This document shows, one piece after another, positions 18,038-28,859 of a DNA stretch of 64,000 nucleotides. A program made the position numbers and the translations under genes. The stretch is from a virus (Duplodnaviria; Caudoviricetes): positions 96,001 to 160,000 of the IMG/VR virus record IMGVR_UViG_3300001528_000425; one strand, written 5' to 3'. Within the stretch, counting starts at the first letter, position 1. Each line of letters starts with the position of its first letter. The notes under the pieces were generated by a model, which had not been told where the DNA came from, searched no databases, and saw nothing but the letters and a program-made list of their open reading frames with translations.

Positions 18038-19921
18038 ATGAGCGAAGATGCACCCAAAGCTTTGACGGTCGCCAATGAATTCTGTGGCGTGACCAACATT
18101 GTGGAAAAGGAGGTCATGAAGAATACCCTCTCGAAGACATTCGACGGGATCTTCAGTGTCCTCAAGAAACATTACGGACCATATGGCAAGTATGCCATGC
18201 TGGTTGATCCTTACGATCCTCTCAGTGAACCCAACCACACCAAGGACGGAATCAATATCGTCCGCAGTATCATGATGCCGAGTCCGATGGAACGTGTCAT
18301 CAAGAATGCCGTTGCACATGTGGGGGAGAATCTCGAGAAAACGGCCGGAGATGGTACTACATCTGCTATGATGCTGATGTGTGCCACTATCAGTCGCATG
18401 CTGGAACTCATGAACTCCAAGAAGAAGTATCAATACTTCCACGGGAATCTCCTGAGAACTGGTTTCGACAAGATGCTTCGTTATCTGGAACAAGAGTACA
18501 AGGATTCTTGTATCACCTTGGACAAGATGACGGAACTGTATCAGGGAGATCGCACCAGAGCGATCCACGATATCGCCTACTGGCAGGCTTACTCCTCTTC
18601 GCATGGAGATGAAGAACTCTCTTCGGCTTTGGCGGAAATGTTTTCCATCATGCCCCAGGAAAGCTGGAAATACATGCGCTATCGCCACAATCATTTCGAA
18701 TCCGACAAGCGATTTGAGGTGATCAAGGGAAGGGGACAGTTCGAGTTCGAAGGTCGTTGTCTCAATGCAGATTGTTTCAACCAGGAGTTCAATACCTGGT
18801 TCAAATCCGAGGAAGATGCTGAAGTTTACATCATCAACAGTGGTCTGATGTGTGAAGCCGAAAAGCAACTTCAGTTCTGGGACAAACTGAAGGATGAGAA
18901 TGGACCGAAGATGGTCATCATCTTCTATGCGCACTTCACGGATGGAGTGTCGTACGACAAGATGATGGAATTGTCCAGGAAGTATCCCAAGAGATTGGCG
19001 TTCTTCACGGCCATGCCTCAAGCGGATACCGAATTCAACGATCTTCTGGCGATCACTGCTTGCAGTGGATTCAACGGAAGAGAACTCGGTGATATGCCAC
19101 TGAAGCTCAAACATGGCGCATCCATTGAGTTCCAGAACAACCAACTCTATGTCAATGGAGTTTTCGAACTCAATGATCGACACATGAACGTCGATGTGCA
19201 CAACAAGGCACATCGTGTCTATGATTACCTGAGTTTCCTGGCGAATCGCAAGCAGTATCTCGAGAATCAGCCGGCGAAGACTATCGAACTGAGTGAACGC
19301 ATCTCCAACATGCAGCGTATCGCCAATCATATCCTGATCGGCAAACAGCCCGTATTGCTGATCGGAGGATTGGCTTATGACAACGTGGCAGCAGAAGACG
19401 TGGTGCACGACTGCATCACGGCAGTGTCAACTGTCATGGAAGAAGGTTTCGTTCCCGGAGGCAACAAGTGGTTGTATCGTTCGATCAACAACTGGCTGTA
19501 TCCTCCGTCGGATGACCCATGTGAGCTGGATAAAGTCGGAGAAGCGATGGAACTCGTTATGCTCGCGTTCCGTGCCGCATTGGAGGACATCTTCGCTGCA
19601 GCGATCGAAACCCTTCCACCGGAAGCAGGATACGAATTGTCTCTTGATGCCGCCAGTGGATTCAACTCCGTTGTGGAGGAGTATGGAAGAGAGCTCTTCG
19701 ACTTCATGCATCCGTCCAACAAGATCGATCTGACTCGGTTCTCTGAAGAGATCGCCGCTTCTTACAATCGTAAGAAAGCAAGTTCGGCTTTCATTATTCA
19801 GCCTATGTCCGTTGACCTTGAGGTCGTAAAACGGTTCGGTGAAGTCGCGTTGAAATATGTTATGACGGAACGTATTATCACCAAAGACGCGGTCTTTATC
19901 GACAAGGAAAAGAAACAATGA
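18038..19921 (+). CDS. groEL: Phage GroEL-like chaperonin
   Basis: YGPYG, TKDG, AGDGTTSA, GFVPGG motifs. Confidence 0.9.
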   Translation: MSEDAPKALTVANEFCGVTNIVEKEVMKNTLSKTFDGIFSVLKKHYGPYGKYAMLVDPYDPLSEPNHTKDGINIVRSIMMPSPMERVIKNAVAHVGENLEKTAGDGTTSAMMLMCATISRMLELMNSKKKYQYFHGNLLRTGFDKMLRYLEQEYKDSCITLDKMTELYQGDRTRAIHDIAYWQAYSSSHGDEELSSALAEMFSIMPQESWKYMRYRHNHFESDKRFEVIKGRGQFEFEGRCLNADCFNQEFNTWFKSEEDAEVYIINSGLMCEAEKQLQFWDKLKDENGPKMVIIFYAHFTDGVSYDKMMELSRKYPKRLAFFTAMPQADTEFNDLLAITACSGFNGRELGDMPLKLKHGASIEFQNNQLYVNGVFELNDRHMNVDVHNKAHRVYDYLSFLANRKQYLENQPAKTIELSERISNMQRIANHILIGKQPVLLIGGLAYDNVAAEDVVHDCITAVSTVMEEGFVPGGNKWLYRSINNWLYPPSDDPCELDKVGEAMELVMLAFRAALEDIFAAAIETLPPEAGYELSLDAASGFNSVVEEYGRELFDFMHPSNKIDLTRFSEEIAASYNRKKASSAFIIQPMSVDLEVVKRFGEVALKYVMTERIITKDAVFIDKEKKQ

Positions 19922-20319
19922 AAGTCTACGATCAGGAAATTGACATCGGAGCGAAAGTGAGTTTCAGAATTCACAGTCAAACCGATGGTCAGACTTATCG
20001 CGGCGTTGTTCGCGGTTTCACCCAGTATCCAGGAGCCAGAATCTATGACGATCTGGCTGCTATCCACAACTCCATGACAGCTGAAGTGGCACAGACTACC
20101 TTGTCTGCGCAAACCTTCATGCTACTGGAAACTTCTGATGGAGTGATCCGTCCCTTCGCATTCGTGTGGATCGATGGGAATACTCTGGAATTGGAAGATA
20201 CTGCGGCTGACCGCCTGATCATCGTGCGCGGTGTTCAGTCTGGCAATGTGGATGCTGTTCTGAATACGATCCGAACTCTCGGCTACGAGTGTTCGATCTA
20301 TCGAGCATCGTCTAACTGA
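19918..20319 (+). CDS. Hypothetical protein, possibly SH3-like virion protein
   Basis: ATGA overlap with the chaperonin gene. Confidence 0.65.
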   Translation: MKVYDQEIDIGAKVSFRIHSQTDGQTYRGVVRGFTQYPGARIYDDLAAIHNSMTAEVAQTTLSAQTFMLLETSDGVIRPFAFVWIDGNTLELEDTAADRLIIVRGVQSGNVDAVLNTIRTLGYECSIYRASSN

Positions 20320-20334
20320 CAAAAATAAGTAAGG

Positions 20335-20372
20335 TAGAGTAGGTAGGGAGCGTCTGCTCCCTACCTACTCTA
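20335..20372. terminator. Bidirectional terminator
   Basis: 17-bp inverted repeat between convergent genes. Confidence 0.8.
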
Positions 20373-20397
20373 TTGCTTTATTCAAGCACAACGCGAG

Positions 20398-21438
20398 TTA
20401 GTTTTCTTTGTAGAGATCAGCGGCCTTGTTCAGTTCCGTCATCACTCGAGTGAGATAAGTACGGAGACCGATGATGTTGGTAACCAGTTTGCCGGCACAA
20501 TCCAGCAGGAAACTGATCACCGCTTGGTCTTCTTCAAGACTCACTCGAGTGGCATTGTCTTTGGCAGACATGGCAACTTTCAGAGCAGCGTTCGTTTTCG
20601 TCTGGATCGATCGCAGACTGTTTTGGATGGTACGAATGTCGTCGTTGGTGTTGGCGACATTCTTCGCCAGCATTTGCAAGTTCTTCAGATCGGTATATCC
20701 AACACTCGGATCAGCAACATCGGATTCGCCTTTGATGATCCGCAACGGTTCGATGATCATACCGCCGGTATGGATCTTCACTCCGTTGTCCAACGAAGAA
20801 TGTTTCAGGGTGATATCTTCCAGTCTGGAAGCGATTTCTCCCAGAGGAGGATGCTTGTCTCCGCTGATACCACGAACAATAGAGCCGAGTGTGTTGATCA
20901 GCTCTTGGAGCAGATCGTAACGTTGACGGAGATGAACTCCATTCGGAATGTCTTCCAGTTTGTATCTCCCAAGCGGGAATTCCATGATCTTGCCGGTCTT
21001 CTTGGACTGGGCAATACCTTCGCCGAGACGGACTGCCCAGTTGAAGATATCGTCGTTCTCTTTGGGAAGCGCGTATTTGCCGAGCCAATCGAAGATCATC
21101 TTGATGCGATTCATCAACCAGACGAATCCCTTAACCAGGAAGTCTCCGATGGAGATGAGCATGTTCTCCATGACAACATCCATCTTGGCGGCAGGAGATT
21201 TGCCAGCCAGATCAATATCGGAGATACCGATCACGTTGAAAAGAAGGTTGTCCTGGTTGTAGATGTTCAACCAGTTATCCGAGAACCCCATCGATTCGAG
21301 TGCGGCGTAGGCGATCTTCAGATCATCGGCAGCACCGAAGCATTTATCGGCATTCTGCTGAGCAGTTACAATTTCATCCAGAACAACAGAATCGACATTG
21401 AGCCATTCCAGATGTTCCATCATCTGAACAGTTTCCAT
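20398..21438 (-). CDS. Putative internal head protein with propeptide
   Basis: ALE/S and VME/N sites followed by an amphipathic helix. Confidence 0.6.
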   Translation of the reverse strand: METVQMMEHLEWLNVDSVVLDEIVTAQQNADKCFGAADDLKIAYAALESMGFSDNWLNIYNQDNLLFNVIGISDIDLAGKSPAAKMDVVMENMLISIGDFLVKGFVWLMNRIKMIFDWLGKYALPKENDDIFNWAVRLGEGIAQSKKTGKIMEFPLGRYKLEDIPNGVHLRQRYDLLQELINTLGSIVRGISGDKHPPLGEIASRLEDITLKHSSLDNGVKIHTGGMIIEPLRIIKGESDVADPSVGYTDLKNLQMLAKNVANTNDDIRTIQNSLRSIQTKTNAALKVAMSAKDNATRVSLEEDQAVISFLLDCAGKLVTNIIGLRTYLTRVMTELNKAADLYKEN

Positions 21439-21449
21439 CTTGGTAATCC

Positions 21450-22991
21450 TTATTTTGATGCAAGTTGCTTGAGTTTGATTCCGTAGTAGTACAGAGGATT
21501 GGAGTTGAGAGCATCCAGTTGCGTGAGCAGTGTTTGCAGTTCCTTCGTCACCCGACCGTCGATGATCATACTGGCGATGCCAGGAAGAGACACGTAGTAG
21601 GAGATCGTTGTATACAACTTTCTACCGTACTCACCCCATTTGTTGACCAGAGAGCGTTTCACGATGATCTTCTGTATCTTCTCGTATTCCCTTACGTAAT
21701 ACGCGACAGTTTGTGGGTTTGCCGCGCCGGATTTCATGGCAGCAATGCAATCCTGTTGAATCTTCTGGAATCGAAGCCAGCCAATCGGATAGACGTTGTT
21801 GTCGTACTGAGCCATGATCGGAGCAGCCATGAACTCCGAGAAAGCCGCCAGCATCTGTGCAACTTTGTCGATGGAGGAAGCATGTTTGGATGCCACAATA
21901 GCGGCTTCCCCGTAACCGAACAGCAGATCGATGCGATCCATCTTGTCCAGCGCAGATACGATATCCGCTCCATAGCCATGACGATTGGCATACTGATCAG
22001 CTTGTACTTCGGAACGATTGACATCTCGGAGGGAGGTAGGAAGATCCCCATATTTGAACATTTGAGCACTTCCTTTTCCTCTGGATTTCGGAATGTTGGT
22101 TCCAGCGATGACCATAGGAAGTACGGAGAACATATTGAGAGGAGCGAACACTGCTCTCAATACAGGACCGAGAATCTTTGTCAGCGCATTCATGTCACTA
22201 AGAGCGATGTCCGTCGCGTCCTGAGTGACAGTTTGGATAGCATCCATTACTTCTTTATCGACAGTCATTTCGCCCTTCTTGACTTTGTCGGTAATCTGTT
22301 CGAGCAGGATGATCTTCTCGGCAACAGGTGCTGATTGTTCAAAGGAAGCGCAGGCCATCTTCATGGCATTGAGTCGGGCATAACCATCCGCGGCGTGTTC
22401 AACCAAACGCATGATGTGTCCGATTTCATGCAGGATGATGGCAGTGATCTCTCTGGCAGTGAGTTCAAATTCCATCACTCCTGTCAGTTCATGGGCAAAG
22501 AAAGCCATATTGAAATCAAAGTACAAAGCAACACGAATGTACTTCTTAACTTGTTCTCTGGCTTCTGGGAATAGGTTGCCCTCTGCACGATTGAAGCTGT
22601 TCGCGATAGAGATGAGAGTATCGGCTTTCGTTACTTTCTTAGATGGGAAGTACGAAGTACCAGCATCGATGAATTGACCAGGACTTGCAGCCTTTTCATC
22701 ACCGATGATATGTGCGGTGGCAAAGCTGTATTGACCGTTAGTATCAGTGGCGAACTCTTCCAGATCGTATCCGCAGAAATCCTCGATCATTTTGCACATA
22801 GGGTCCATAATGTCAGATGCGAAGTAATTGAATGCAGTCTCTCTGCGCTTGGCAAATGCATCCGGAGGAAGGTTGTTCCGATAATCAATCATCTTCTGCA
22901 TCAGAGCTGTAAAGTTCTGTGCGAATTTGGTATTGATTTTGAAATCCATGGCCTCCATAGCTGGTGCTATAGCTTCAGTTACAAATCTCAT
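21450..22991 (-). CDS. Virion protein with zincin (M48-like) metallopeptidase motif
   Basis: HEIGH and EVQAD motifs; N-terminal AME/AMDF propeptide site. Confidence 0.7.
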   Translation of the reverse strand: MRFVTEAIAPAMEAMDFKINTKFAQNFTALMQKMIDYRNNLPPDAFAKRRETAFNYFASDIMDPMCKMIEDFCGYDLEEFATDTNGQYSFATAHIIGDEKAASPGQFIDAGTSYFPSKKVTKADTLISIANSFNRAEGNLFPEAREQVKKYIRVALYFDFNMAFFAHELTGVMEFELTAREITAIILHEIGHIMRLVEHAADGYARLNAMKMACASFEQSAPVAEKIILLEQITDKVKKGEMTVDKEVMDAIQTVTQDATDIALSDMNALTKILGPVLRAVFAPLNMFSVLPMVIAGTNIPKSRGKGSAQMFKYGDLPTSLRDVNRSEVQADQYANRHGYGADIVSALDKMDRIDLLFGYGEAAIVASKHASSIDKVAQMLAAFSEFMAAPIMAQYDNNVYPIGWLRFQKIQQDCIAAMKSGAANPQTVAYYVREYEKIQKIIVKRSLVNKWGEYGRKLYTTISYYVSLPGIASMIIDGRVTKELQTLLTQLDALNSNPLYYYGIKLKQLASK

Positions 22992-23086
22992 TATAGTCTC
23001 CTTTTAGGTATTAAATCGACTTTGTATAATATGGCTGAATCTCCCAGCTATAGGCTTATATTTTGCCTTAAAATAAACAAAAAATA

Positions 23087-23116
23087 AAGGTAGGAGTCCA
23101 ACGGGACTCCTACCTT
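23087..23116 (-). terminator. Hairpin terminator
   Basis: 13-bp inverted repeat with U-tract on the minus strand. Confidence 0.75.
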
Positions 23117-23196
23117 ATCGATGCACTGGTATCTATACGGATTAGTTTGTCTTTGTAGACTTGATCGATGAAGAATTTACACCTACTAGGTTCTTC

Positions 23197-23253
23197 TTAC
23201 TTTCCGGTTCCGATACCACCGAGCGCGATCGAAATGAGTATGGATGTAAACAT
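23197..23253 (-). CDS. 18-aa hydrophobic micropeptide MFTSILISIALGGIGTGK
   Basis: AAGGAGG SD, own early promoter (23311-23327) and downstream terminator. Confidence 0.6.
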   Translation of the reverse strand: MFTSILISIALGGIGTGK

Positions 23254-23310
23254 TTTAATCCTCCTTGGTTAGGGTTAATGTTACATCGAGATACTGTTTC
23301 GACAGCCTCG

Positions 23311-23327
23311 TCACTTATGTAATATAT
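23311..23327 (-). promoter_or_regulatory. Early promoter ATATATTAC-N5-TGA
   Basis: Consensus match. Confidence 0.7.
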
Positions 23328-23336
23328 ATGCAAAGA

Positions 23337-23372
23337 TGGATGACAGACATGCACGTGCATGTCTGTCATCCA
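23337..23372 (-). terminator. Palindromic terminator
   Basis: 36-nt perfect palindrome after the structural operon. Confidence 0.7.
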
Positions 23373-23381
23373 CTATTGATA

Positions 23382-24344
23382 TTATCGAGTTTTCAGAACT
23401 CCAGTCATAGCAGCGCTCACCTGGTTATCAAGCCAAGTGAATCTTACTGTTGTGACACGAAGACTGGATGTGATGAAGTCTTGAACTTTCTTTCGGTCAG
23501 CAACTCGCTGCTGTACTCTGGTGACGATGACAGGGTCTGTGTTGGCACGAACCAACGCGTTCACTTCACGCTCCAGAGATTTGACAGCGGAGATCACATT
23601 CTTCTCAGCTTGCTTCGAAGAAGTGTTCTCAGATGCTGCAAGAAGCATACCTTCAACGATCCTGGCGATCGTATCGTAAGTCCAGCCCTGATCCTTGAGT
23701 GTAGTCAGCTTGGAGGATTTGGTGAACCCAGATACATCAACCAACTTACCGTCGATCAACTTGCAACCGAACTCCTCAGTGGCAGTTACCACGAAACGAT
23801 CAAGATGCTCAGAAATAGAAACTCCACTCGCGCTTTGGATTTCCTTATTCATCGCAATGATCTGCTGGAGTAAATCAACAGCTTCACCATAAGAAGTAAT
23901 CGTAGTCTTGTAACCCTTGATACGTTCCTTTCGACCTTCTTCCGTGATGGACATCAGGTACTGTTGGAACTTCAAGAATTTACGCTGAGAACGATAGTAC
24001 TGATCGAAGATCATCTTGAAAAGATCAATAGCGGTCGTGTACATCCACTCGATCATTTTCTTGAGACCTTCGATGATAGTAGCGATCGTTTTCCCAGCAC
24101 CAAGACTAACCGTAAACAAACCTTCATTCGCCGGAGACACTTCTTCCAGATACTGGATAACCGACTCCGGGATGGATTGATCTGCTTCCAACCTTGACAC
24201 AATGGCAAGTTGTTCTATGCCACGGTAGAGGTTGTGTTCGATATCTTGGATCGCTTGGATTTTGTCATGGATGAGAGTCATCCCGACGAATTCAGACGAA
24301 GCCAGAAATCTGGAGGGAATTTCGAGTTCCGTTAATTGACTCAT
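23382..24344 (-). CDS. Putative internal head protein
   Basis: ANE/G propeptide site; structural operon context. Confidence 0.6.
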   Translation of the reverse strand: MSQLTELEIPSRFLASSEFVGMTLIHDKIQAIQDIEHNLYRGIEQLAIVSRLEADQSIPESVIQYLEEVSPANEGLFTVSLGAGKTIATIIEGLKKMIEWMYTTAIDLFKMIFDQYYRSQRKFLKFQQYLMSITEEGRKERIKGYKTTITSYGEAVDLLQQIIAMNKEIQSASGVSISEHLDRFVVTATEEFGCKLIDGKLVDVSGFTKSSKLTTLKDQGWTYDTIARIVEGMLLAASENTSSKQAEKNVISAVKSLEREVNALVRANTDPVIVTRVQQRVADRKKVQDFITSSLRVTTVRFTWLDNQVSAAMTGVLKTR

Positions 24345-24356
24345 TGTTTCCTCCTA

Positions 24357-25361
24357 TTAACAGCATGCTTCGCAGGGAACGTCTTCTCCGTAGAGTCCGG
24401 TCTGACGATCTTTGCCGTGAAGCATCCAATCCAGGATCAAATACTCCATCACATCTTGCTGACCGGAGCGAGTTGGACGAAATACTTCTCCCTTAGAGAG
24501 CCAGTATTCCCGATTGGCCAGGTCGATGCAGATGGCTGCTTGACCGGTAGCATGTTCATACTGATGGACAGCAGCTCTGGCTTCATCGTAGAGACCCCAA
24601 CGGAGATGATCATCTGACAACCGACGCTGCAGTCGACTAACATCTTTCTGCAAGATATCGATGTCGACGTGCCCGTTCTTCAGCCAGATAGCGGCAGTAA
24701 AGAAATCACACAACAGAGAACGACCGATGGGTTCTTCAATGAATCGTGCGAACTCAGCCGAGAACGCGTCTCGATTCCAGATCTGTTCTTCTAATCCGGA
24801 CTTGTAGAACACAGTATCGAAGAACCGGTAGATAAGTTCCCCGTAAACGGTTTTGGTATTGGGAGAGTGCTTCTGGTGATAGATCTCTCTCATGTGAAGT
24901 CCAGAATTGTTGGACTCCATGTGATTGAGACCCAGACAGACTCTCGAAAGGATGGAACTCGGTTCGGCCATGAAAGAGTTGTTACACACTTCCATGATCA
25001 ATTGAGCAACACCTTCTGATACTCTGATCATCTTGGGGAATCTCAACTGCCAGCTGATCTCACGAAGTTGTTTGCGGATGCATTCGTAGAAATGCATCTT
25101 CACTCTCGGCATGAGTTCAGCTTTGGCGATTTCATAAGCCTCCCCGTAAGAAGGCGCATAGATGCCAACGTTCTCGCAATACACTTGCAGCAACGTTTCC
25201 TCGAAGACGAATGGACATTGTCGGATGAGCTCAACCAACTTGAGATTACGGAGGATCTCCGTTTCAGTCAGAGGTCTCTGTTCATCGACCTTTCCACGTT
25301 GCATCTTGAGGATGTCTTTCCCAGTATCGCAACCGGGGATGGAGATGTCAGGTCTCAACAT
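24357..25361 (-). CDS. Hypothetical protein in the structural operon
   Basis: GGAGG SD, 334 aa. Confidence 0.7.
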   Translation of the reverse strand: MLRPDISIPGCDTGKDILKMQRGKVDEQRPLTETEILRNLKLVELIRQCPFVFEETLLQVYCENVGIYAPSYGEAYEIAKAELMPRVKMHFYECIRKQLREISWQLRFPKMIRVSEGVAQLIMEVCNNSFMAEPSSILSRVCLGLNHMESNNSGLHMREIYHQKHSPNTKTVYGELIYRFFDTVFYKSGLEEQIWNRDAFSAEFARFIEEPIGRSLLCDFFTAAIWLKNGHVDIDILQKDVSRLQRRLSDDHLRWGLYDEARAAVHQYEHATGQAAICIDLANREYWLSKGEVFRPTRSGQQDVMEYLILDWMLHGKDRQTGLYGEDVPCEACC

Positions 25362-25372
25362 GAGTCACCTCC

Positions 25373-26356
25373 TTAGTTGCTGTAGTATTCGTCGAGTTCT
25401 CGATCCATCTTGGCGATCATGCCCTGATAATTGGCGATGATCTTGGCCATACGCTGGTATTCGGGAGTATTCGGATCGACGTTGTCGAGATCAAGCTTCA
25501 TGAGATCCACTTGAGCCTTGAGAAGCTTCCGTTCCGCATCGAGTTTCCGCATCTTGCGATCCTTGCGATCGAAGAACCAGTTACCGATACCACGGAAGAT
25601 GCCGATGCCTTCCGCACTGGATGCCAGAAGATCCGGCGGCAGTTTGCCGAGAGAGACTTTGGCGAACTTGACATTGCTGACGTTCTCGTTTCCGACCAGA
25701 AGAATATCCGTACCGTTTTTGACGTAGTCACGCAGAGCGTTGACGAAGTTCTTCTCGGCACCACTGTTGATGATACGGTTGGTCAGATCAGCGAACCGTT
25801 TGAAGTTGGTGTTCATGAACTCGACGAGGTACGGCGCCGGTGCAGGAACATCGGTGCAGATCGACGTCACAATAGCGGATTCGAGCGACACGAGATATTT
25901 GCCGTAGAAATCCGCTTCCTCAGCCAGACCGAGGATGACCGCATGGGACATCTTGGTGGAGAAGATCGTCAGGGTCTTTCCGGCAACGAAATCATCGATA
26001 CCACGAATGATCTGATCCGTGATCGAGTTGTAGGTCTGTGCTGCCATCATGAATGAGGCAAACAGGGAATTGGACTCCATCTTGCTGGCAGTGCCGATCA
26101 ACGACTTGGCGATCTGTTGGTAGAGATGAACTCCGAACTGAGTTTTGAGATCGGGATTGCGTACCAGCATGATTTCTTGTTTCATCTTCGGAAGAAACGG
26201 CTCAAGATTGGAGATGAACGTCATGCCGCTCAGCAGGCTTTGCCGGTTGGTGTCCAGATGATCAAGGATCTGTTCCTTGGTGATCGTTGCGAACTTGGTT
26301 TTCGCAGCGAGACCTGCAGTCACTGCAGAGTCGAGTTTGTCGATGGGAAGAGCCAT
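25373..26356 (-). CDS. Putative virion head or inner-body protein
   Basis: Strongly biased codon usage, SAE/G site, size and position resemble phiKZ gp90 (from recall). Confidence 0.55.
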   Translation of the reverse strand: MALPIDKLDSAVTAGLAAKTKFATITKEQILDHLDTNRQSLLSGMTFISNLEPFLPKMKQEIMLVRNPDLKTQFGVHLYQQIAKSLIGTASKMESNSLFASFMMAAQTYNSITDQIIRGIDDFVAGKTLTIFSTKMSHAVILGLAEEADFYGKYLVSLESAIVTSICTDVPAPAPYLVEFMNTNFKRFADLTNRIINSGAEKNFVNALRDYVKNGTDILLVGNENVSNVKFAKVSLGKLPPDLLASSAEGIGIFRGIGNWFFDRKDRKMRKLDAERKLLKAQVDLMKLDLDNVDPNTPEYQRMAKIIANYQGMIAKMDRELDEYYSN

Positions 26357-26390
26357 AGCTTCTTATATCCTTAATTGAATTTGGTTGCGG

Positions 26391-27434
26391 TTAGAAGCGC
26401 GGGGCCATACCTTGCGCCATGAGTGTGACGAGATCTTTAAGCGCGGCATCGGAGCTTGCGGATTTCCCAGCGTTCTTGATCATGTTGTAAGTGTAAGAAC
26501 CAGCCGTTTCGATGCCGTTCATGTAGAGATCAACCGTCAGGTATGACGGGTCAACAATGACCAGCATTGTGGACATAGAAGCTTTGAAGAAGGCTTGCCG
26601 ATCTTTGAAATTCCTGATGTTCACACCGGCTTCCGTCGCCGCTTTGGAGAAAGAAGTTTTCTCAGCGATGATGATAACGTTGGAAGCGTTCCGCCTCGGT
26701 TCGGAGATACCGATGGTGCTCTTGATCTTCTTGGCGAGAGACGCTGATTTGTGGTCTTCCAGTTCGCGAAGGATGCCGTCCTTGTCGGCTTTGAGGATCT
26801 TGCCACGTTCGGCGATTTCATCCATACTGAGGATCAGATCACGCCAGAAACGGATTTCACCGGCTTGCCATGCTTGCAGACGACGTTTCCAAGTCGGATG
26901 GAAATTCATCTTGATGAAACCGGTCACAACTTCAGTCGGCAGAATGTACGGAATGAGCTGGACGTAGATGTAAACCGAGAAGTTGTTCTCTTTGGTACCG
27001 AGATTCACTTCAAAGACTCGACCGTTATAGAAACGCCCGTCCTTGTTGACGATGTCAACTTCCTGCGCTTCCGTTGCCGAGACGATCTCGTCATCGAGAC
27101 CGAATTCATTGCCGATGACTTCAACGGCATCGACGAATGATTCGGTCGCAACGATCTTGAGAAGTTGACGGACCGTACGACCGGACCGAACGAGTTCCTG
27201 CAGACGCAGCGCCGTGAGAATATAACCCACTGTGATTTGATTGAGCATCGACAGCAGAGGCTGCATGATCTCTTCTTCAGTAAGTCCTTGATCGATGTAC
27301 AACCGCATCAGAACGTTGGTGTCTTTGGTGAATTCCGTAAGACTCGAAATGCTTCGATCTTTCGCATCTTTGGCGAAATCGAAAAGGTCTTTCGCAGTCT
27401 GCGCGGCGTTTCCAACTTGCGCGAGGGTTACCAT
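26391..27434 (-). CDS. Putative virion head or inner-body protein
   Basis: ATE/S and ATE/A sites; size and position resemble phiKZ gp89 (from recall). Confidence 0.55.
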   Translation of the reverse strand: MVTLAQVGNAAQTAKDLFDFAKDAKDRSISSLTEFTKDTNVLMRLYIDQGLTEEEIMQPLLSMLNQITVGYILTALRLQELVRSGRTVRQLLKIVATESFVDAVEVIGNEFGLDDEIVSATEAQEVDIVNKDGRFYNGRVFEVNLGTKENNFSVYIYVQLIPYILPTEVVTGFIKMNFHPTWKRRLQAWQAGEIRFWRDLILSMDEIAERGKILKADKDGILRELEDHKSASLAKKIKSTIGISEPRRNASNVIIIAEKTSFSKAATEAGVNIRNFKDRQAFFKASMSTMLVIVDPSYLTVDLYMNGIETAGSYTYNMIKNAGKSASSDAALKDLVTLMAQGMAPRF

Positions 27435-27605
27435 AACTTGATACTCCTAGTTAACAGGGGTTGTTTGAAATGCAAAGTTTTAAAATGGACTAGAATAAGC
27501 CAAATTTACCATAGTATGTTAAGCCGTACTCCATGTATTGAAAGCCACTATACGTTTCTTTAATACAGGTGTGGTAAATGATATAACTTGGAGGAAATAA
27601 ACCAT

Positions 27606-28844
27606 ATGAGTTCAAAAGTACCTGAATATAAACAACCAATGAATACCGAAGGAACCGACGGATTCTGGTTGGATGAAAAGGTTGCAGGAACGAAGGCCAA
27701 GACAGATGTCTCCGCTAAGCATTTGGCCGCGGCACGACAAGACTTAGATCTTGTTCAATGGGAACAACAGTTCAGCGATGCTCCTCGTAAATACACGGTC
27801 AATCGTAATGCGATTCCATATTTGAACGAGCGACTGGAATCCTACATCACTCGAGCAGCTTATGTTGCAGGTGGTGCCGGAGGTTATTACGATCAGTTCG
27901 CGACGTTCTTTCGAGGACTGGACCGGTTCAAACGTAACATGCTTCCGTCCAACTCGGAACACCATGGATTCACGTTTATCACCAGACCGCGTTTGAATCT
28001 TACAGATGTCCAGTTGGCACAAGATCGTTGCTTCGCTCCGTTGAACAACGAAGACCCACAATCTGTCCCTTTCATGATCAGAGCATTGTTGGATACCCAA
28101 TGGGCGAGAGATCATTACAAGGAGGCGACGATCAGTCCTCTGTTGAACTACTATTCTCCGTGGCTAACTCCTGTCGTCAATGCTTTGACTTCTATGACAG
28201 GATGGCCCGATCCGACTCTCTACACGGAAACCACAGAAGGTGGATTCTTTCAGGAAGACATGACCGTGGCGATCGGTGGTGATCGTATGTCCAAGACCTA
28301 CGAAGTGAACGTCACCTTCAAAGACATCCAGGGTGGTCCCATCATGGCGATCTTCGATTACTGGACGAAATGGATGGCGAATGCCTGTGATGGTGTGATG
28401 ATGCCTTACGCCGATGCCATCGATAAGAATCGACTTGATTACACAGTATCGATCTATCGGTTCGCTACCGATCCCACCAGACGGTTCATCACGAAGTTCG
28501 CCAAGGGAACCGGATGTTTTCCAAAATCCGTACCTCTCGGAGCGGTATTCAATGTCAACCAAGGTGAGATCTTCTCGGAAGGTTCGGCTACTGTGACAGT
28601 TCCGTTCGTGATCAACCACATCTCTTACAACGATCCGATCATCATCACGGAGTTCAATCAGTTGGCGGATCGTTACGCCAAAGGGATGTGGGCGAATGAT
28701 AAACTCCCAGTGGACGAGGAACGTCCATACGCTCCGCAGCCGATTAATAACTTCTGCGGATTGCCTTACATCATCACCGGAAAGAACAGAACAGAACTGA
28801 TCTTCAGGAGACTGAAAGAAGAAGCTGGTTTGTTCCTGAACTAA
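27606..28844 (+). CDS. Virion structural protein, tail-tube/baseplate-like
   Basis: GFTFITRP and GCFPKSVP patterns typical of tube-fold proteins; GGAGG SD. Confidence 0.6.
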   Translation: MSSKVPEYKQPMNTEGTDGFWLDEKVAGTKAKTDVSAKHLAAARQDLDLVQWEQQFSDAPRKYTVNRNAIPYLNERLESYITRAAYVAGGAGGYYDQFATFFRGLDRFKRNMLPSNSEHHGFTFITRPRLNLTDVQLAQDRCFAPLNNEDPQSVPFMIRALLDTQWARDHYKEATISPLLNYYSPWLTPVVNALTSMTGWPDPTLYTETTEGGFFQEDMTVAIGGDRMSKTYEVNVTFKDIQGGPIMAIFDYWTKWMANACDGVMMPYADAIDKNRLDYTVSIYRFATDPTRRFITKFAKGTGCFPKSVPLGAVFNVNQGEIFSEGSATVTVPFVINHISYNDPIIITEFNQLADRYAKGMWANDKLPVDEERPYAPQPINNFCGLPYIITGKNRTELIFRRLKEEAGLFLN

Positions 28845-28859
28845 TAAAAGGACTCTACA

